A stretch of DNA of 64,000 nt from the NCBI RefSeq assembly GCF_006345805.1, contig NC_043006.1, positions 102,672,001 through 102,736,000 on the forward strand, in the 5' to 3' direction. The DNA is from Octopus sinensis (lineage: Eukaryota). Made by a program: the position numbers and the translations under genes. How positions within the stretch are numbered: position 1 is the stretch's first letter; each line of letters begins with the position of its first letter. The notes beneath the pieces were generated by a model. The model saw only the letters and a program-made list of their open reading frames with translations, was not told where the DNA came from and did no database searches. This document shows positions 39,414-52,359 of this stretch, in pieces.

Positions 39414-40349
39414 GAGGTTAGGCGGCGAGCCGGCAGAAACGTTAGCACGCCGGGCGAAATGCGTAGCTGTATTTCGTCTGCCGCTACGTTCTGAGTTCAA
39501 ATTCCGCCGAGGTCGACTTTGCCTTTCATCCTTTCAGGGTTGATAAATTAAGTACCAGTTACGCACTGGGGTCGATGTAATCGACTTAATCCATTTGCCT
39601 GTCCTTGTTTGTCCTCTCTGTGTTTAGCCCCTTTTGGGTAGTAAAGAAATTGAGATAGGTATTTCGTCTGCCGCTACGTTCTGAGTTCAAATTCTGCCGA
39701 GGTCGACTTTGCCTTTCATCCTTTCGGGATCGATTAAATAAGTACCAGTTACGCACTGGGGTTGATATAATCGACTTAATCCGTTTGTCTGTCCTTGTTT
39801 GTCCCCTCTGTGTTTAGCCCCTTCTGGTTAGTAAAGAAATAGGTATTTCGCCCGTCTTTACGTTCTGAGTTCAAATTTGCCATCCATCCGTTCGAGGTTG
39901 ATGAAATAAGTACCAGTTACGCACTGGGGTCGATGTAATCGACTTAATCCATTTGCCTGTCCTTGTTTGTCCTCTCTGTGTTTAGCCCCTTTTGGGTAGT
40001 AAAGAAATTGAGATAGGTATTTCGTCTGCCGCTACGTTCTGAGTTCAAATTCTGCCGAGGTCGACTTTGCCTTTCATCCTTTCGGGATCGATTAAATAAG
40101 TACCAGTTACGCACTGGGGTTGATATAATCGACTTAATCCGTTTGTCTGTCCTTGTTTGTCCCCTCTGTGTTTAGCCCCTTCTGGTTAGTAAAGAAATAG
40201 GTATTTCGCCCGTCTTTACGTTCTGAGTTCAAATTTGCCATCCATCCGTTCGAGGTTGATGAAATAAGTACTAGTTACGCACTGGGGTCGATGTAATCGA
40301 CTGGTCCTCTCCCTCCAAAATTTCAGGCCTTGTGCCTAGAGTAGAAAGG
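39414..40349 (+). mobile_element. Head-to-tail pentamer of family A SINE units inside one 13-bp TSD
   Basis: Five B-box cores; 358-bp higher-order period; ATTATCAGTAGTG at 39401-39413 and 40350-40362. Confidence 0.88.
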
Positions 40350-40362
40350 ATTATCAGTAGTG

Positions 40363-40605
40363 CAGGTGCATGGCTTTGTGGTTTGGGTGTTGGACTCATG
40401 ATTATAAGATTGCAGTTTCGATTCCTGGACCGGGCCACGCGTTGTGTTTTTGAGCAAAACACTTCATTTCACGCTGTTCCAGTCCACTCGGCTGACAAAA
40501 ATGAGTAATCCCGTGAAGGACCGGTGTCCCGTCTAGGTGGGGGTTTTATACATCATGGAAACTGGGAAACCGGATCGATGAGTCTATATAACTCGGGAAG
40601 GACCT
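40363..40605 (+). mobile_element. Chimeric SINE: family D-type head and core, family C-type 3' domain
   Basis: CAGTCCACTCGGCTG...AAAATGAGT as at 14.15 kb, followed by GACCGGTGTCCCGTCTAGGTGGGG...GGAAACCGG as at 17.75 and 35.1 kb. Confidence 0.7.
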
Positions 40606-41100
40606 TTATATATTTTTAATAATCTTATCGTCAGTGTATCTAGTTTCAATTACAGCTGGTATCAACATCGCATTTTTGAATGGAATGAAAGTTATAGTTG
40701 AGTTTTAGGCTTAGGGCTGACTCTAGCATATTATCATCGCATGCAGTGTGAAGGTGAGTAAATCATGTTATTATATTGCTTACATCGTTGGCATTGGTGA
40801 GTGTAGACAAGCGCACTACTCCTTCATCTGACCCCAATCGTTAAGAAAATCACAAGAATGACGTGATGTGATAGTGGTGTACTAATAATAAAGGAGAAGA
40901 AGTGAACTGATAAACTTCTAAGCGAGAATTGAAATTAAGTCACAGACTTAGTTGAGATCTGCATAATAAAAAAATTAGTAGATCTGTATGAAATGTTATG
41001 AGAAAAAAAAAAGAGAAACCAAATCGCACATGCTTCCAAACACACATAACACACGCTCAACAGAGTTTATTGATAATTTATGTTATAATCATTCTATTAT

Positions 41101-41340
41101 TCTTTTGCTTGCTTCAGTCATGTGACTGCGGCCATGCTGGAGCACAAGCTTTTAGTCGAACAAATCGACCTCACGACTTATTCTTTAAAGCTTGACACTT
41201 ATTCTATCATGCTCTTTAACCGAACCACTAAGTTACATGGCCATAAAAACACTAGCACCAGTTGCCATGTGGTGATGGGGGAGGGGAAAACACAGACACA
41301 CACACACACACACGCACATACACAGACAAACACACGCATA

Positions 41341-41393
<53 letters not shown>

Positions 41394-41556
41394 CTGTATC
41401 CGACGGGCTTCTTTCAATTTCTGTCTACCAAATCCCCTCACAAGGCTTTGATCGGCCCGAGGCTCTAATAGAAGACATTTGCCCAAGGTGCTACGCATTG
41501 TGACTGAACCCAGAACCACGTGATCGGGAAGCAAGCTTCTTACCACACGGCCACGC
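41101..41556 (-). mobile_element. SINE family B
   Basis: Reverse copy with an internal microsatellite. Confidence 0.85.
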
Positions 41557-41614
41557 CGGCAAGAATTTTGGAGTTTTCCTCTTGCAAAGTAATAATTTAT
41601 GAAATATTTAAATT

Positions 41615-41815
41615 AAGGTGGTGAGTTGGTAGAATGGTTAGTGAACCGGACAAAATGCGTAGTGGCATTTCGTCCGTCTTTACGCTCTTAGTTAAAATTC
41701 CGTCGAGGCCATCCTTTCGGGGTAGATAAAATAAGTACCAGTTGAGCACTAGGGTCGATGCAATCGATTTACCCAATACCCTTGAAATTGCTGGCCTTGC
41801 ACCAGAATTTGAAAT
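41615..41815 (+). mobile_element. SINE family A (degenerate)
   Basis: A-box TGGTAGAATGG and core AAGTACCAGTTGAGCACT. Confidence 0.75.
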
Positions 41816-41970
41816 CAGTATGAATTCTACCCTTTTATTTTAGTCTGACGAGGTGTCTGTCTATTAGTCTTTCTGTCTCTCTCTTACTGTTCTGTCTCTG
41901 TTTTGCTGTTTTTTTCTTTGTCTCTGTCTCTGTCAATTTGTTTGTCTGTCTGTCTGTCTGTCTGTGTCTA

Positions 41971-42003
<33 letters not shown>

Positions 42004-42659
42004 TTCATTAGGTTCTCATTGACTTGATCGACTCTGATGCGTTCACGCACTATTATTATTTCTGATTTTTACTGTCCCTTGCATTTACACCACAGCAGCA
42101 TCTTCTCTTTAAATAGTGACCTGGTAAGGTGTAATTTATTGCCGAAATAGATCTTTCATCAAATAGATTCGCTTCTATTGTAACTAAACTCTGGTTCTGG
42201 TTAGAATCACTGACAACTCCATACTGAAAATGGAGATCTATTACGTAACACAATACCATATAATATCGGAGAGACATTTGGAGATATACCAGAAACAAAG
42301 GATATTGCACGATATCCCTAATGTCATGGGAATCTAATACGCAACGCAATACCATGTAATACTGGAAAGATATTTGGCTTTGTACCAACAACAAATGTTA
42401 TTGCACGATATCCTAGATCTCATGACTGCATGTACGGTAATCTAGAAGGTGCTAAAACCAGCATTAAAAGCATATGTTGGTAAGGTAATCCATTTAGAAT
42501 CTGCTGCCGATGTGTTCTGCATTTAAATATTTACGCATTCTATTTATTGTCTGTATATTGTAAATGTTTGGAATTTATTCGTCGTGGGCAAATTAACCTA
42601 TTTCATATTTGATACGATCGATTTGAAACGCTTCTGAAGTTTTCTACGCTGCGAAGCGG

Positions 42660-43070
<411 letters not shown>

Positions 43071-43183
43071 ACTTCTCTGCGTTTGGACAAATTGATCTAG
43101 ATACCTCTGATGGTAACCCGATTATAGATTAAGGCTCTTCATAAAGTTTTTCAGTCTACGGAGAAATAGTTAAATTTTCTGTT

Positions 43184-43225
<42 letters not shown>

Positions 43226-45599
43226 TCGCATACAGTTATACACACAGACTTACCGACTCACACACACGCACACTCACACATCCACATTCAAACACAAGCA
43301 TATCCCTAATTATAGGTACCTGAGTGCTTCTGGCAGAGTAGATTCTGTTGCAATCATTCGGGTTACGTTCCCACTTTGAGGCTAACTTGCTCCCTTCGTC
43401 AGAAACCTTGAAAAATTAAGGATCAATTCGGCCACCTTCCTCGTTGACTAAATAGTAAAAATAAATAGAAATAAAGGGTTTGGTAGCATCTGCGCAATTA
43501 TTTTTTAAAATTTGCGCTACTTGCTCTTTCAAAAATTTAAAAACAAGTACGATATTCATATTGAATATTACATTAAATGAATATGTCAATTAAATTAGAA
43601 CCGGCCAACAGACAATCTTTATCAGATGCTTTGCCTGAAGCCGTATAAATTTATTTCAAATTTTGAAGTTTTTGAAAGCAATTACAATATATTTAAAATT
43701 TCAAATTTGTACTTGTCTCATGAAGTTTTATCGAATTTTTTTAGATTGAATTAAAATTTTGCGAGGGCATATCCGGAATGGTGGGTGGCATATTTGCATA
43801 TCCGGTGTGGTGGATAGAATATCCGACATATACTTCATATCCGGTGTATGGCAACTGAAAAATGCTTAACTATTTACTTCTCTTTATGTTCTGCGTTCAT
43901 ATCTTGTTCGAGTTCACCTGATCTTTTCAGGTTCAATATAAAGAAACAGATACTGGGACGATTTTTTTTGTCTAAGCAAGACAGAGAAAGGGCCCCAATA
44001 ACTTTTCAGATCTTCAGCGACCATCTCATCCTTAGAATTTGTGCACGTAACCTTGTACATGGGTAATGAATAATGGATATACATTCCGAGGCCTTTTTGT
44101 AAATATTTATACAATTGTAATCAGTTAGTGTTGCTATCATACCTGATACACCTTACAGTCGTGCTGATTAGATATACATATATTACAGTGTGGAATGAAA
44201 TGTTCTAAAATCAATATTAATTAATATTCACCTACAAATTCTCAATAATTTTTTAAGACTTGTAATTTAATTTAACGCAGCATTTTTGATCGATATGAAA
44301 TAAAAACTCGCTTTCATTAGCTTCGCATTAAATGATTTAAAATGAAAATTGAATTCTGTGACATATGTAACTCTTTTTTCTAGTAATTAAGTCATGAAGA
44401 TTATTAGTGATATATTCGACGTCAACTTTTCACAGTTTCCGTTCTACTAGATTTCTAGTGGTCAACCCGACGTTATAGTGGAAGAACACGCTCCCAAAGT
44501 TCTGCGTTGTGGGATCGAGTCCAGGCAGAACCTGGTGGTTGCAATATGAATTTTTTTATCTATACAACTTTGCTTGAGTGCCGTGTTGCATTCATAAATC
44601 CAGTGAATTGATTCAAGATATTATTAATATGGCTGGTTGGTTACTTCACATTACTCCATAACGGACATAGACTCGGTCTACCGGTTTCTTTGGGGTCTAT
44701 ATTCATCTCTGAAGGGGATGTAATGACATCTTTATTAAGCTTTAACTGCTGCTCTGACTTCAATATTTATTACTCATCTTGGCCCTTATACTTCTGTCAC
44801 AACGACAGACCACATTTTGACTCGATATAAACACACTCTTAACCGCATCACCAACCAGCCACGATAATTTGGTTTTTAGTTAGTAAAGCTGAAATATCTA
44901 TAAAATAGAGTCTCTTCGCTTCGTGTATAATAATTTGTAAAAATAATTCCAGATATAGATTGTAGTTTTGGTAATTAAGTAATCAATATTTGATAGGATT
45001 GAGACAGGCAGGGTGAGGTGACCTAAAGTCTGGTCTCAGAGATGTGTCAAAACTAACACTATGATCATAGGATACGTCTCATTTGTTGTTTCTGCACCGT
45101 TCTATTCTTCTGAAATTTGGAAAATATACACGTTTCATGTAAAAATATTGGAAAGATTTCACCAGTAATTCCTCCGCAACATACTCAGAATAAGCTGGTC
45201 CTCACTTATTCCTGACACTGCGGTTCTTGCTGAAACTAGGATCACATCAATTCAAGCCATGCTTATTAAGAATCAGCTACGATGGACAGGCCATCGCATC
45301 CGTACGGGCGTTGAGCCCATTCTTGACCAAAAGCTTTATGGTGATCGTATGCTGGGAAAGAGAAAAAATAGTAAACCGAAGATGCAAAATTTCTTTAAAA
45401 TCAAATTTGAAATGTCTTAATTAGTCTTGAATCATTTACGGCAGATAAAGAAGGGCGGAGAGCAATGATTTAGAAGGGTGTTAAAGATTTTGAGCTTGAT
45501 AGAGTTAAGCACGCTGAAACGAAAGAAGAATTTCTTAAAAATTCGATTAATATCAATAGCATTGCGTGTGTTTCTCATATTCCTTCTTTAAATGTTCCT

Positions 45600-45945
45600 T
45601 GTGGACAAAATGATGCATATTTCACGCTGGTATGAGATTGCACCAGCAAGGAACATATGAACGATTGGCATTTCATTCTAGATGACCAGTTTTAATACTA
45701 TGTCTGTCAAAAAACCTGCAAGTCACGTGGAGGACTGAAGAGGCACTTGAGCATTTACAATGAACAAGCAGAAAACGGAACCAATGCTGAAATTAGACAA
45801 TACTGCAGGATTTGCGATCAGCTCTTCAAACGTCTTACAGGACAAATGTCATTTAAGATCTCACGCTAGGAAAGAGAAATTATATGAATAAGAAGAGGTC
45901 AAGATCAGAAGAGGTCAAGATCTGCAAGGAGCTGACAGCCATCAC
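45600..45945 (+). mobile_element. RTE-clade LINE 3' end with two C2H2-like motifs (decayed)
   Basis: CQKTCKSRGGLKRHLSI and CRICDQLFKRLTG..HLRSH with stops and a frameshift; similar to 53060-53250. Confidence 0.7.
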
Positions 45946-46039
45946 ACACATACATACATAAATGCATACATACATACAAACATATATACATACATACACA
46001 TATGTGTGTGAGTGCACACATATATGTATATGATCAAAA

Positions 46040-46289
46040 TAAGCAACAAGGATATCTAAGGTAGAGTAATACAATTGTTTCATGCTACTTCATTTTATTA
46101 AACACAGTAAGTATTACTTCAGTTTTAAAATGCCGAGCAATCTTCAGCCACATATAAAATTTTCCAATTAAACGTACAATGCACATTCTTATCCCTATTT
46201 CATTTGCCAACATTATGAAGAGGGTGTTTAATAAAATGAAGTAGCATGAAACAATTGTACTACTCTACCTTGGATATCCTTGTTGCTTA
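46040..46289. repeat. Inverted repeat (66-bp arms, ~118-bp spacer)
   Basis: 46040-46105 pairs with 46224-46289. Confidence 0.88.
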
Positions 46290-46393
46290 GTTTCATTATA
46301 ATCACCCCCATTTGATTTATATGGATAATACCATACTAAATTCTGGTGCCTTTAACTTAAGTACCATATTCATCTGAATCTAAATTTTATTGA

Positions 46394-46433
<40 letters not shown>

Positions 46434-46436
<3 letters not shown>

Positions 46437-46653
46437 TAAGCAATAAAGGGTTTAGCAACGAATTGCCTTACCACATACCGAATTTAGAAATAGCAGTCAA
46501 AGAGTTATAGCTATTTCTTCTACTAAAAAGGGAGATCTCAGTAAAAACAGCAATTGCTGTTTTTACTGAGAAATAGCTATAACTCTTTGACTGCTATTTC
46601 TAAATTCGGTATGTGGTAAGGCAATTCGTTGCTAAACCCTTTATTGCTTAGTA
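46434..46653. repeat. Loopless palindrome centred on CAGCAA|TTGCTG with a ~18-20-bp indel in one arm
   Basis: Arms are exact reverse complements apart from 46519-46536. Confidence 0.92.
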
Positions 46654-46824
46654 TTACTTAAATTTTCCTCGAATGAGGCTTTTACATGCCGAAGACTACT
46701 TGGTGTAATTGATAATTATTCCAAATTAATTAATTTCACCCTTCATTATTACGGATAACTATATATATATATAATATATATATATATGTATATACATATA
46801 TACACACACATACATACACACGAA

Positions 46825-47353
46825 CTGTGGTAAGAAGTTTGCTTTCCAACCACATGGTTTTGAGTTCGGTCCCACTGCGTGACATCTTCGGCAAGTGTCT
46901 TCTACTATAGTCTTGGCCCGACAAAATCCTTGAGAGGATTTGGTAGACGGAAGGTCATGCTGGGGGGGGGGGGTTCCTAACTTGAAGAATTTTTATCGAA
47001 CGAGTCGACCCCACTGCTTATGTATTTTAAAGATGGGTACTTATTTTATCTATCGGTGTCTTTTGCCGAACCACTACATTATGGGGACATAAACACACCA
47101 ACACCAGTTGTCAAACGATGGTGGGACACATACACACATTAATACATATATAATACATATATAAATATATAATAATACATATATAAATATATATATAGAC
47201 ATATATACGACGGGCTTCTTTCAGTTTCCGTCTTCCAGATCCAATCACGAAGCTTTGGTCAGCCCGCGGCTAGAGTAGAAGACACTTGCCTAAGGTGCCT
47301 CGCAGTGGGACTGAACCCAGAATGATGTGGTTGGGAAGCAAGTTTCTTACCAC
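46825..47353. mobile_element. Family B SINE head (+) abutting a full family B SINE (-)
   Basis: Head at 46825-46952; reverse copy at 46953-47353. Confidence 0.8.
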
Positions 47354-47354
47354 A

Positions 47355-47429
<75 letters not shown>

Positions 47430-48538
47430 ATGCGCACGCACACACACACGCACACACATACACACACACTCATGTTTGCTCACGATCTTGTAGTTAAAGT
47501 TTTGCTTCAAGATCAAATATACTCATAGATTTGGGCGGTGCATTCTATTCTCTTCATTTCACGTTATTCCGGTCTATTTAGTTGCAAATGTGTAAACAGC
47601 CGAGTGTTGGTGCAGCTCTCGCCACCTCTGTCTCTGCCTCTGTGTCTGTCTCCATCTCTATCTCCCCATCACCAGCCGTCATAACCTTTCTGTCCCACTG
47701 GGACCGAGAGAGTGTCTTGTCTATGTCTGCTGGCATCTAAAAGAGTTAATGAAAAACGTGGTACATGTTACCAAGTCATATTCATTTTAGAACAACGACT
47801 AAGGATTTGCGGTTGTGAAGAGAATTCCTGAACTACAACAGTTATGCCTGCTTATGACCTGTTTTACTACGAAGTCTCATCAGTTGATTTTTATGAATTC
47901 ATAATATTTAAAAAATGAAATCCTTGCTAAGTTTTGCATAATTTTGACGTGTAACAAAGTCGTACTTTTTGCAGAGCAGATATAGTCAATGGATCCACTC
48001 CACAATTTCTAGTTTTGGTCGGTTCTAGAGAAATGAAAGATAAAAGTGAATCAAACTATTGTAGGAGTTTTGACTCAGAACGCCTGAAGACACAACAAAA
48101 TACAACAAACTGACTGCAGTCGCTTACTGGTTAATAACAGCTGTTAAGTATTTTGTAAATCACACCATAGCCTTAAAAACAGGATCAAGTGTAGGCTTTA
48201 GTTGAGAAGAATAGCTAGTGGACAGTATGATCACAGCTGAAATGCTTTTGATTGTAGGGTCGGATGGACCGGGACGAAACAGCGAAAATAAGTGCTGCTA
48301 GTAACCGCTCACTAGAAAACCTGTTCTATGATCCAGGTTAGGTTCATCGATTATAAATACATTTCACTCATTTCGCCGAAGCCTTTAGGGAAGGCATGGA
48401 TGTGACAAGTGCTATTTTCCATTCCTTGAAGGTAGCAGAAATAAGAACTTATTGCTAAATACCTCTGGCCAAGCAGTGTTCATATCTATCATGCCTAAGT
48501 ATTAAATATATATTTATTGTTTCGCTTAGCGGCTAGCA

Positions 48539-48611
48539 GGGGAATTAGCTCAAGTGGTAGAGCGCTCGCTTAGCATGTGAGAGGTACCGGGATCGATACC
48601 CGGATTCTCCA
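48539..48611 (+). tRNA. tRNA-Ala-AGC: tRNA-Ala (anticodon AGC)
   Basis: 73-nt cloverleaf GGGGAATTAGCTCAAGTGGTAGAGCGCTCGCTTAGCATGTGAGAGGTACCGGGATCGATACCCGGATTCTCCA; G3:U70 identity pair; T6 terminator follows. Confidence 0.95.
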
Positions 48612-48617
48612 TTTTTT
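48612..48617 (+). terminator. Pol III terminator (T6)
   Basis: TTTTTT directly after the discriminator base; mirrored at 49831-49836 for the minus copy. Confidence 0.8.
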
Positions 48618-49199
48618 ATTATTTTGCGGCTGTGGATTGGCACACTCGTTTTATTGTCAGACAAGATACCTCGTGATATTGGTTCCGTTCTTTTTTCTTT
48701 CTCAGTTCAAATCCCGCTGAGAGTAGTTTTCCATTCTATCCTTTCGGTGTCGATAAAATAAAGTTAGTCAAGTGCTCGAGTCGATCGTTCCAACTTACCC
48801 TCTCCTCTTAAAATTAGTTTCTTTGTGTCAATATTGGAAACATTTATATTAAAATATTGCTGGGGAGTTAACCAAATCAGTAGAGCCCTCGTTTAGCAAG
48901 TAAAAGGTAAGGGAATCATATTCGTATTCTCCATGTTGAGATGTTAGAGGGGTGAATTGACATACTCGTTAGGTCATCGGATAAAATTCATTACGCTGTT
49001 TTCTTCCGGCCCTTAACGCCCCGAGTTCAAATTCTTTCTGGAGTCGACAAAAATAAAGTACCTGTCAAGTACTGACGTCATTTTATTGATGAATCCCTTT
49101 CGACCAAATTTTAGGTCTCGTTCCTATATCAGAAACAATTACATTGTGTAACACGATTTTTGGGTAATTTCCTATTAGCTTGCTCCTAGAAAGTATGAA

Positions 49200-49406
49200 A
49201 AATGGCTAATATTTCCTTCAAACTTTGCTTTTGTTACATTTATTCAAAGTTGAAAGAATCTCTCTCAGCACATGGCTATGATGCTCCCCTACTACTGATC
49301 ATCATCAGTAATGCACAAATTGTCAGCCACTAAAGAACATGCTGAACTGGTTACGGTCACGCAACTGACAAGCAAATCTATGGTACTGAGTAGAATATTT
49401 GCTATA
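49200..49406. mobile_element. Partial, older, reverse-oriented copy of the ~545-bp element
   Basis: CACATGGCTATGATGCTCCCC...CTGACAAGCAAATCT...AATATTTGCT matches the reverse complement of 26200-26370. Confidence 0.75.
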
Positions 49407-49836
49407 ACAATATTTATGTTTCAGCAAATCAGCACTGAATCTGTCTGAAATGTAATAGGAAAATAGGTCAGTTTCAAAACATTGATGTCCTGGTGACAAA
49501 AGCTAACTTTGAAGGGAATAGTAGTCATTTCCTTTGATTTCTAGATAGAAGCAAATAGGAAATAACACCGACAAAAAAAAAAAATTAAATAAATAAAAAT
49601 AAAAATAAAAATGAAATAAAATAAAAATATTATGAGACAATTTTTTATTTTATTTTATTTTTTATTGCAGCATGAAAAAGTAGTGGAATGGCAGAATCGT
49701 AAGTGCGTCGAATAAATATGCTTTTTAGTATTTGTTCCGTTTTCTTTTATTTTCTGAATTCAAATCCCATCAAGGCCAATTTTTATTTCCAGCCTTCTGG
49801 AATTGCAAAATTAAGTAGCCGCAAAATAATAAAAAA

Positions 49837-49909
49837 TGGAGAATCCGGGTATCGATCCCGGTACCTCTCACATGCTAAGCGAGCGCTCTACCACTTGAGC
49901 TAATTCCCC
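49837..49909 (-). tRNA. tRNA-Ala-AGC: tRNA-Ala (anticodon AGC), identical second copy
   Basis: Exact reverse complement of 48539-48611, with a T6 terminator. Confidence 0.95.
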
Positions 49910-50029
49910 TGCTGGCTGCTAAGCGAAACAATAAATATATATTTAATACTTAGCCATGATAGATATGAACACTGCTTGGACAGAGGTATTTAGCAAAAGA
50001 TCCTGTCACGTGATTGAATCGATCTAGTC

Positions 50030-50852
50030 AACATGAGGGATGATATATAACGCAGCCTCGAACGTAACGAAATGTAGTACAGAGTTTTGTCCAACGCTCT
50101 TTTGATAATATTGTCCCTAAAATTTACATTTGGTATCATTTCAAACTCTTCCACATATTTGAAGGAAAGTAACGGGATCATGTAGAGTAATAATGGCTGT
50201 GTCAATAAGAGTATTTATATTCCAGTAATTAACATCACATGATTCCATGTGCTCTCCAGCAACATCGTTGATAACTTTAAAATTAGATCGGTTGGACTTT
50301 TCTTCACCCTTGTTGGGAATGGTCTGTTGCTCAACGAAAGCTTCGAGAATGTACCAAATTTTTTTTGCGAATTGTAATTTTAAAATGTTTTTGAGTTGAA
50401 TTTATTCCGCAGTCTTCGCAGCTGAGTCAGCTAAATTTGGAGAATTTTGCGATGGCGGGAGCAGTGGTTCGTTTACATTATTTTTACGCCGCTTCTGGTA
50501 GATTTTGGTCCATTCTCAGTGTTTGGGGAGAATCGAAGTTTTTTTTTTTTTTTCACAAAAGATGCTTGTGGTCGGAGCTGTTTCGGCTTGAAGGTGTTTA
50601 AGTTGGGATGAGCTTTGTCCCAGTATTGTTTTAACCACTTCATGTTTCCGATTGAAGGGTCATCTCGGGCTTTTCATAGCACCCAAGTAAATCTTGCTTT
50701 AGTTGGTGAGTCCAAGTAAAAAGCGAAGAGTACTTACGTCTTCTTAAATAACTTACTAGTGACGAACTTCTGTTTTCATCGGTCGTGACGTTGTGAACTT
50801 CATCTGCGATGGGGTTAGTTTCAGCCATTATCGTGTTAGCGAGATTCCACAT
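50030..50852 (-). mobile_element. Decayed R4/Dong-like LINE N-terminal region
   Basis: RRRKY..FTWTHQLKQDLLGCYEK, KQYWDKAHP, NINTLI and LRSRLRY resemble the R4-clade N-terminus. Confidence 0.55.
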
Positions 50853-51008
50853 GGTGTAGATGTATATTTTAAAATCTGTTCAGGTGAGTAAAAGATGTTT
50901 CTCGTATTAATTATTGGAGAAATAAACCAGTTGTCGTTTTAGGCTGGAGACGTCGGCATATTTCTAGAGGAAGGCGTTCAGAACGAACATCCGATGCTGA
51001 CAGCACCG

Positions 51009-51040
<32 letters not shown>

Positions 51041-51146
51041 TGTATGTATGTATGTACGCACGTACGTATGTGTGTATGTATGTATATATATGTATGTATT
51101 TATGTATAAAGGTACGCCTGTATGTCTGTACGCATGCATACATACT

Positions 51147-51185
<39 letters not shown>

Positions 51186-51965
51186 GTGTGTGTATATATA
51201 TATATTATATATATATATATAACAACACACACACATATAAATATGTATGTATATATGTATGTATGCATGTATGTGACATGTGTGTGTGTACGTTTGATTG
51301 CGCATTTGTATGTATGCTTTTGTATTTGTCTCTCAGCGCTTGACGACCAGTGGAATTTTGAGCCCCGTAACTTAGCATCATGGGTAGAATAAGCACCGGA
51401 CTTAAAATAAATACTGGAATTAATTTGGCCAACTAAGTCTTTCAGGGCGGAGATCCCTTTTTGTTACAGTCCTGTGTCTACAAAGGTAAAAAAAAGTATT
51501 ATTTAATTTTGCAATTGGTATCACCTGATGTCAATGTAATAATTCCCGAAAACTGATCAATTATATACACGCTAAACAACTACAACAATATTTTTTACTA
51601 CAATGCGTATCACATACAATCATTACTATTGCTAACGATTGAATGTTTGTAATTATACAACACGGTTCCAAGTCTTGATAGTACTAATATTACTTCTTTT
51701 ATACCGATTATACTATGCAATGATGCAAAAATTATACAAGTTCACCGTAAGACTAACTGTGAAACAAGGAAAGTTTGTTCCAGTGGCGAAAAGCTTTCCA
51801 GCTATGACTATTTAACCATCTTTTCAAGCATAGTCTATTTCGTAAAGTATAAATAATAATGGGCTCGCATATTATTCGATCCCACGCACTTGTGATATCT
51901 AAGCAGCACAGTCATCGGTCTCCCTTTCCAGTAGTCCTGACAGTGATCTGGAGTGTCTCGGAATA

Positions 51966-52315
51966 TCTATTTATATAAAAGGCAGGATGTGTGTGTGCGT
52001 GCGTGTGTGTACGTGAATGTAATTTATGCACGTCCACAAATTAGCACGCATGTCGCTCCAATTTTAGGAGGACATTCGTCATGATTCTAGGTGTATTTTA
52101 GTTAACTTATTTTTACCAGAGGCACCAGCGAATAGCAGTAAAAATAAATTTTCAACCAAACTTTTAACAATTTTCAAATCGGAGAAATCACCATTGTTTG
52201 CAAACAGGAGTTAAGTCCCCTTCTAGCGACGAGTAAGCTTTTGTTAAGACTTTTGTTGTTTATTTTCCACCGAAGAAAAAAGTGTTTTGTTGATATACGG
52301 GCAACACACACACGC

Positions 52316-52359
<44 letters not shown>

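Noticed and set aside
39414-40349. CRISPR-like regular repeats
   Set aside because: Units are ~170-230-bp SINE bodies without unique spacers, in eukaryotic DNA with no cas genes.
43360-43410. Minus-strand CTGACGA...GGAAC-GTA-ACC
   Set aside because: GAAA is mutated, stem II is poor and stem I is out of register.
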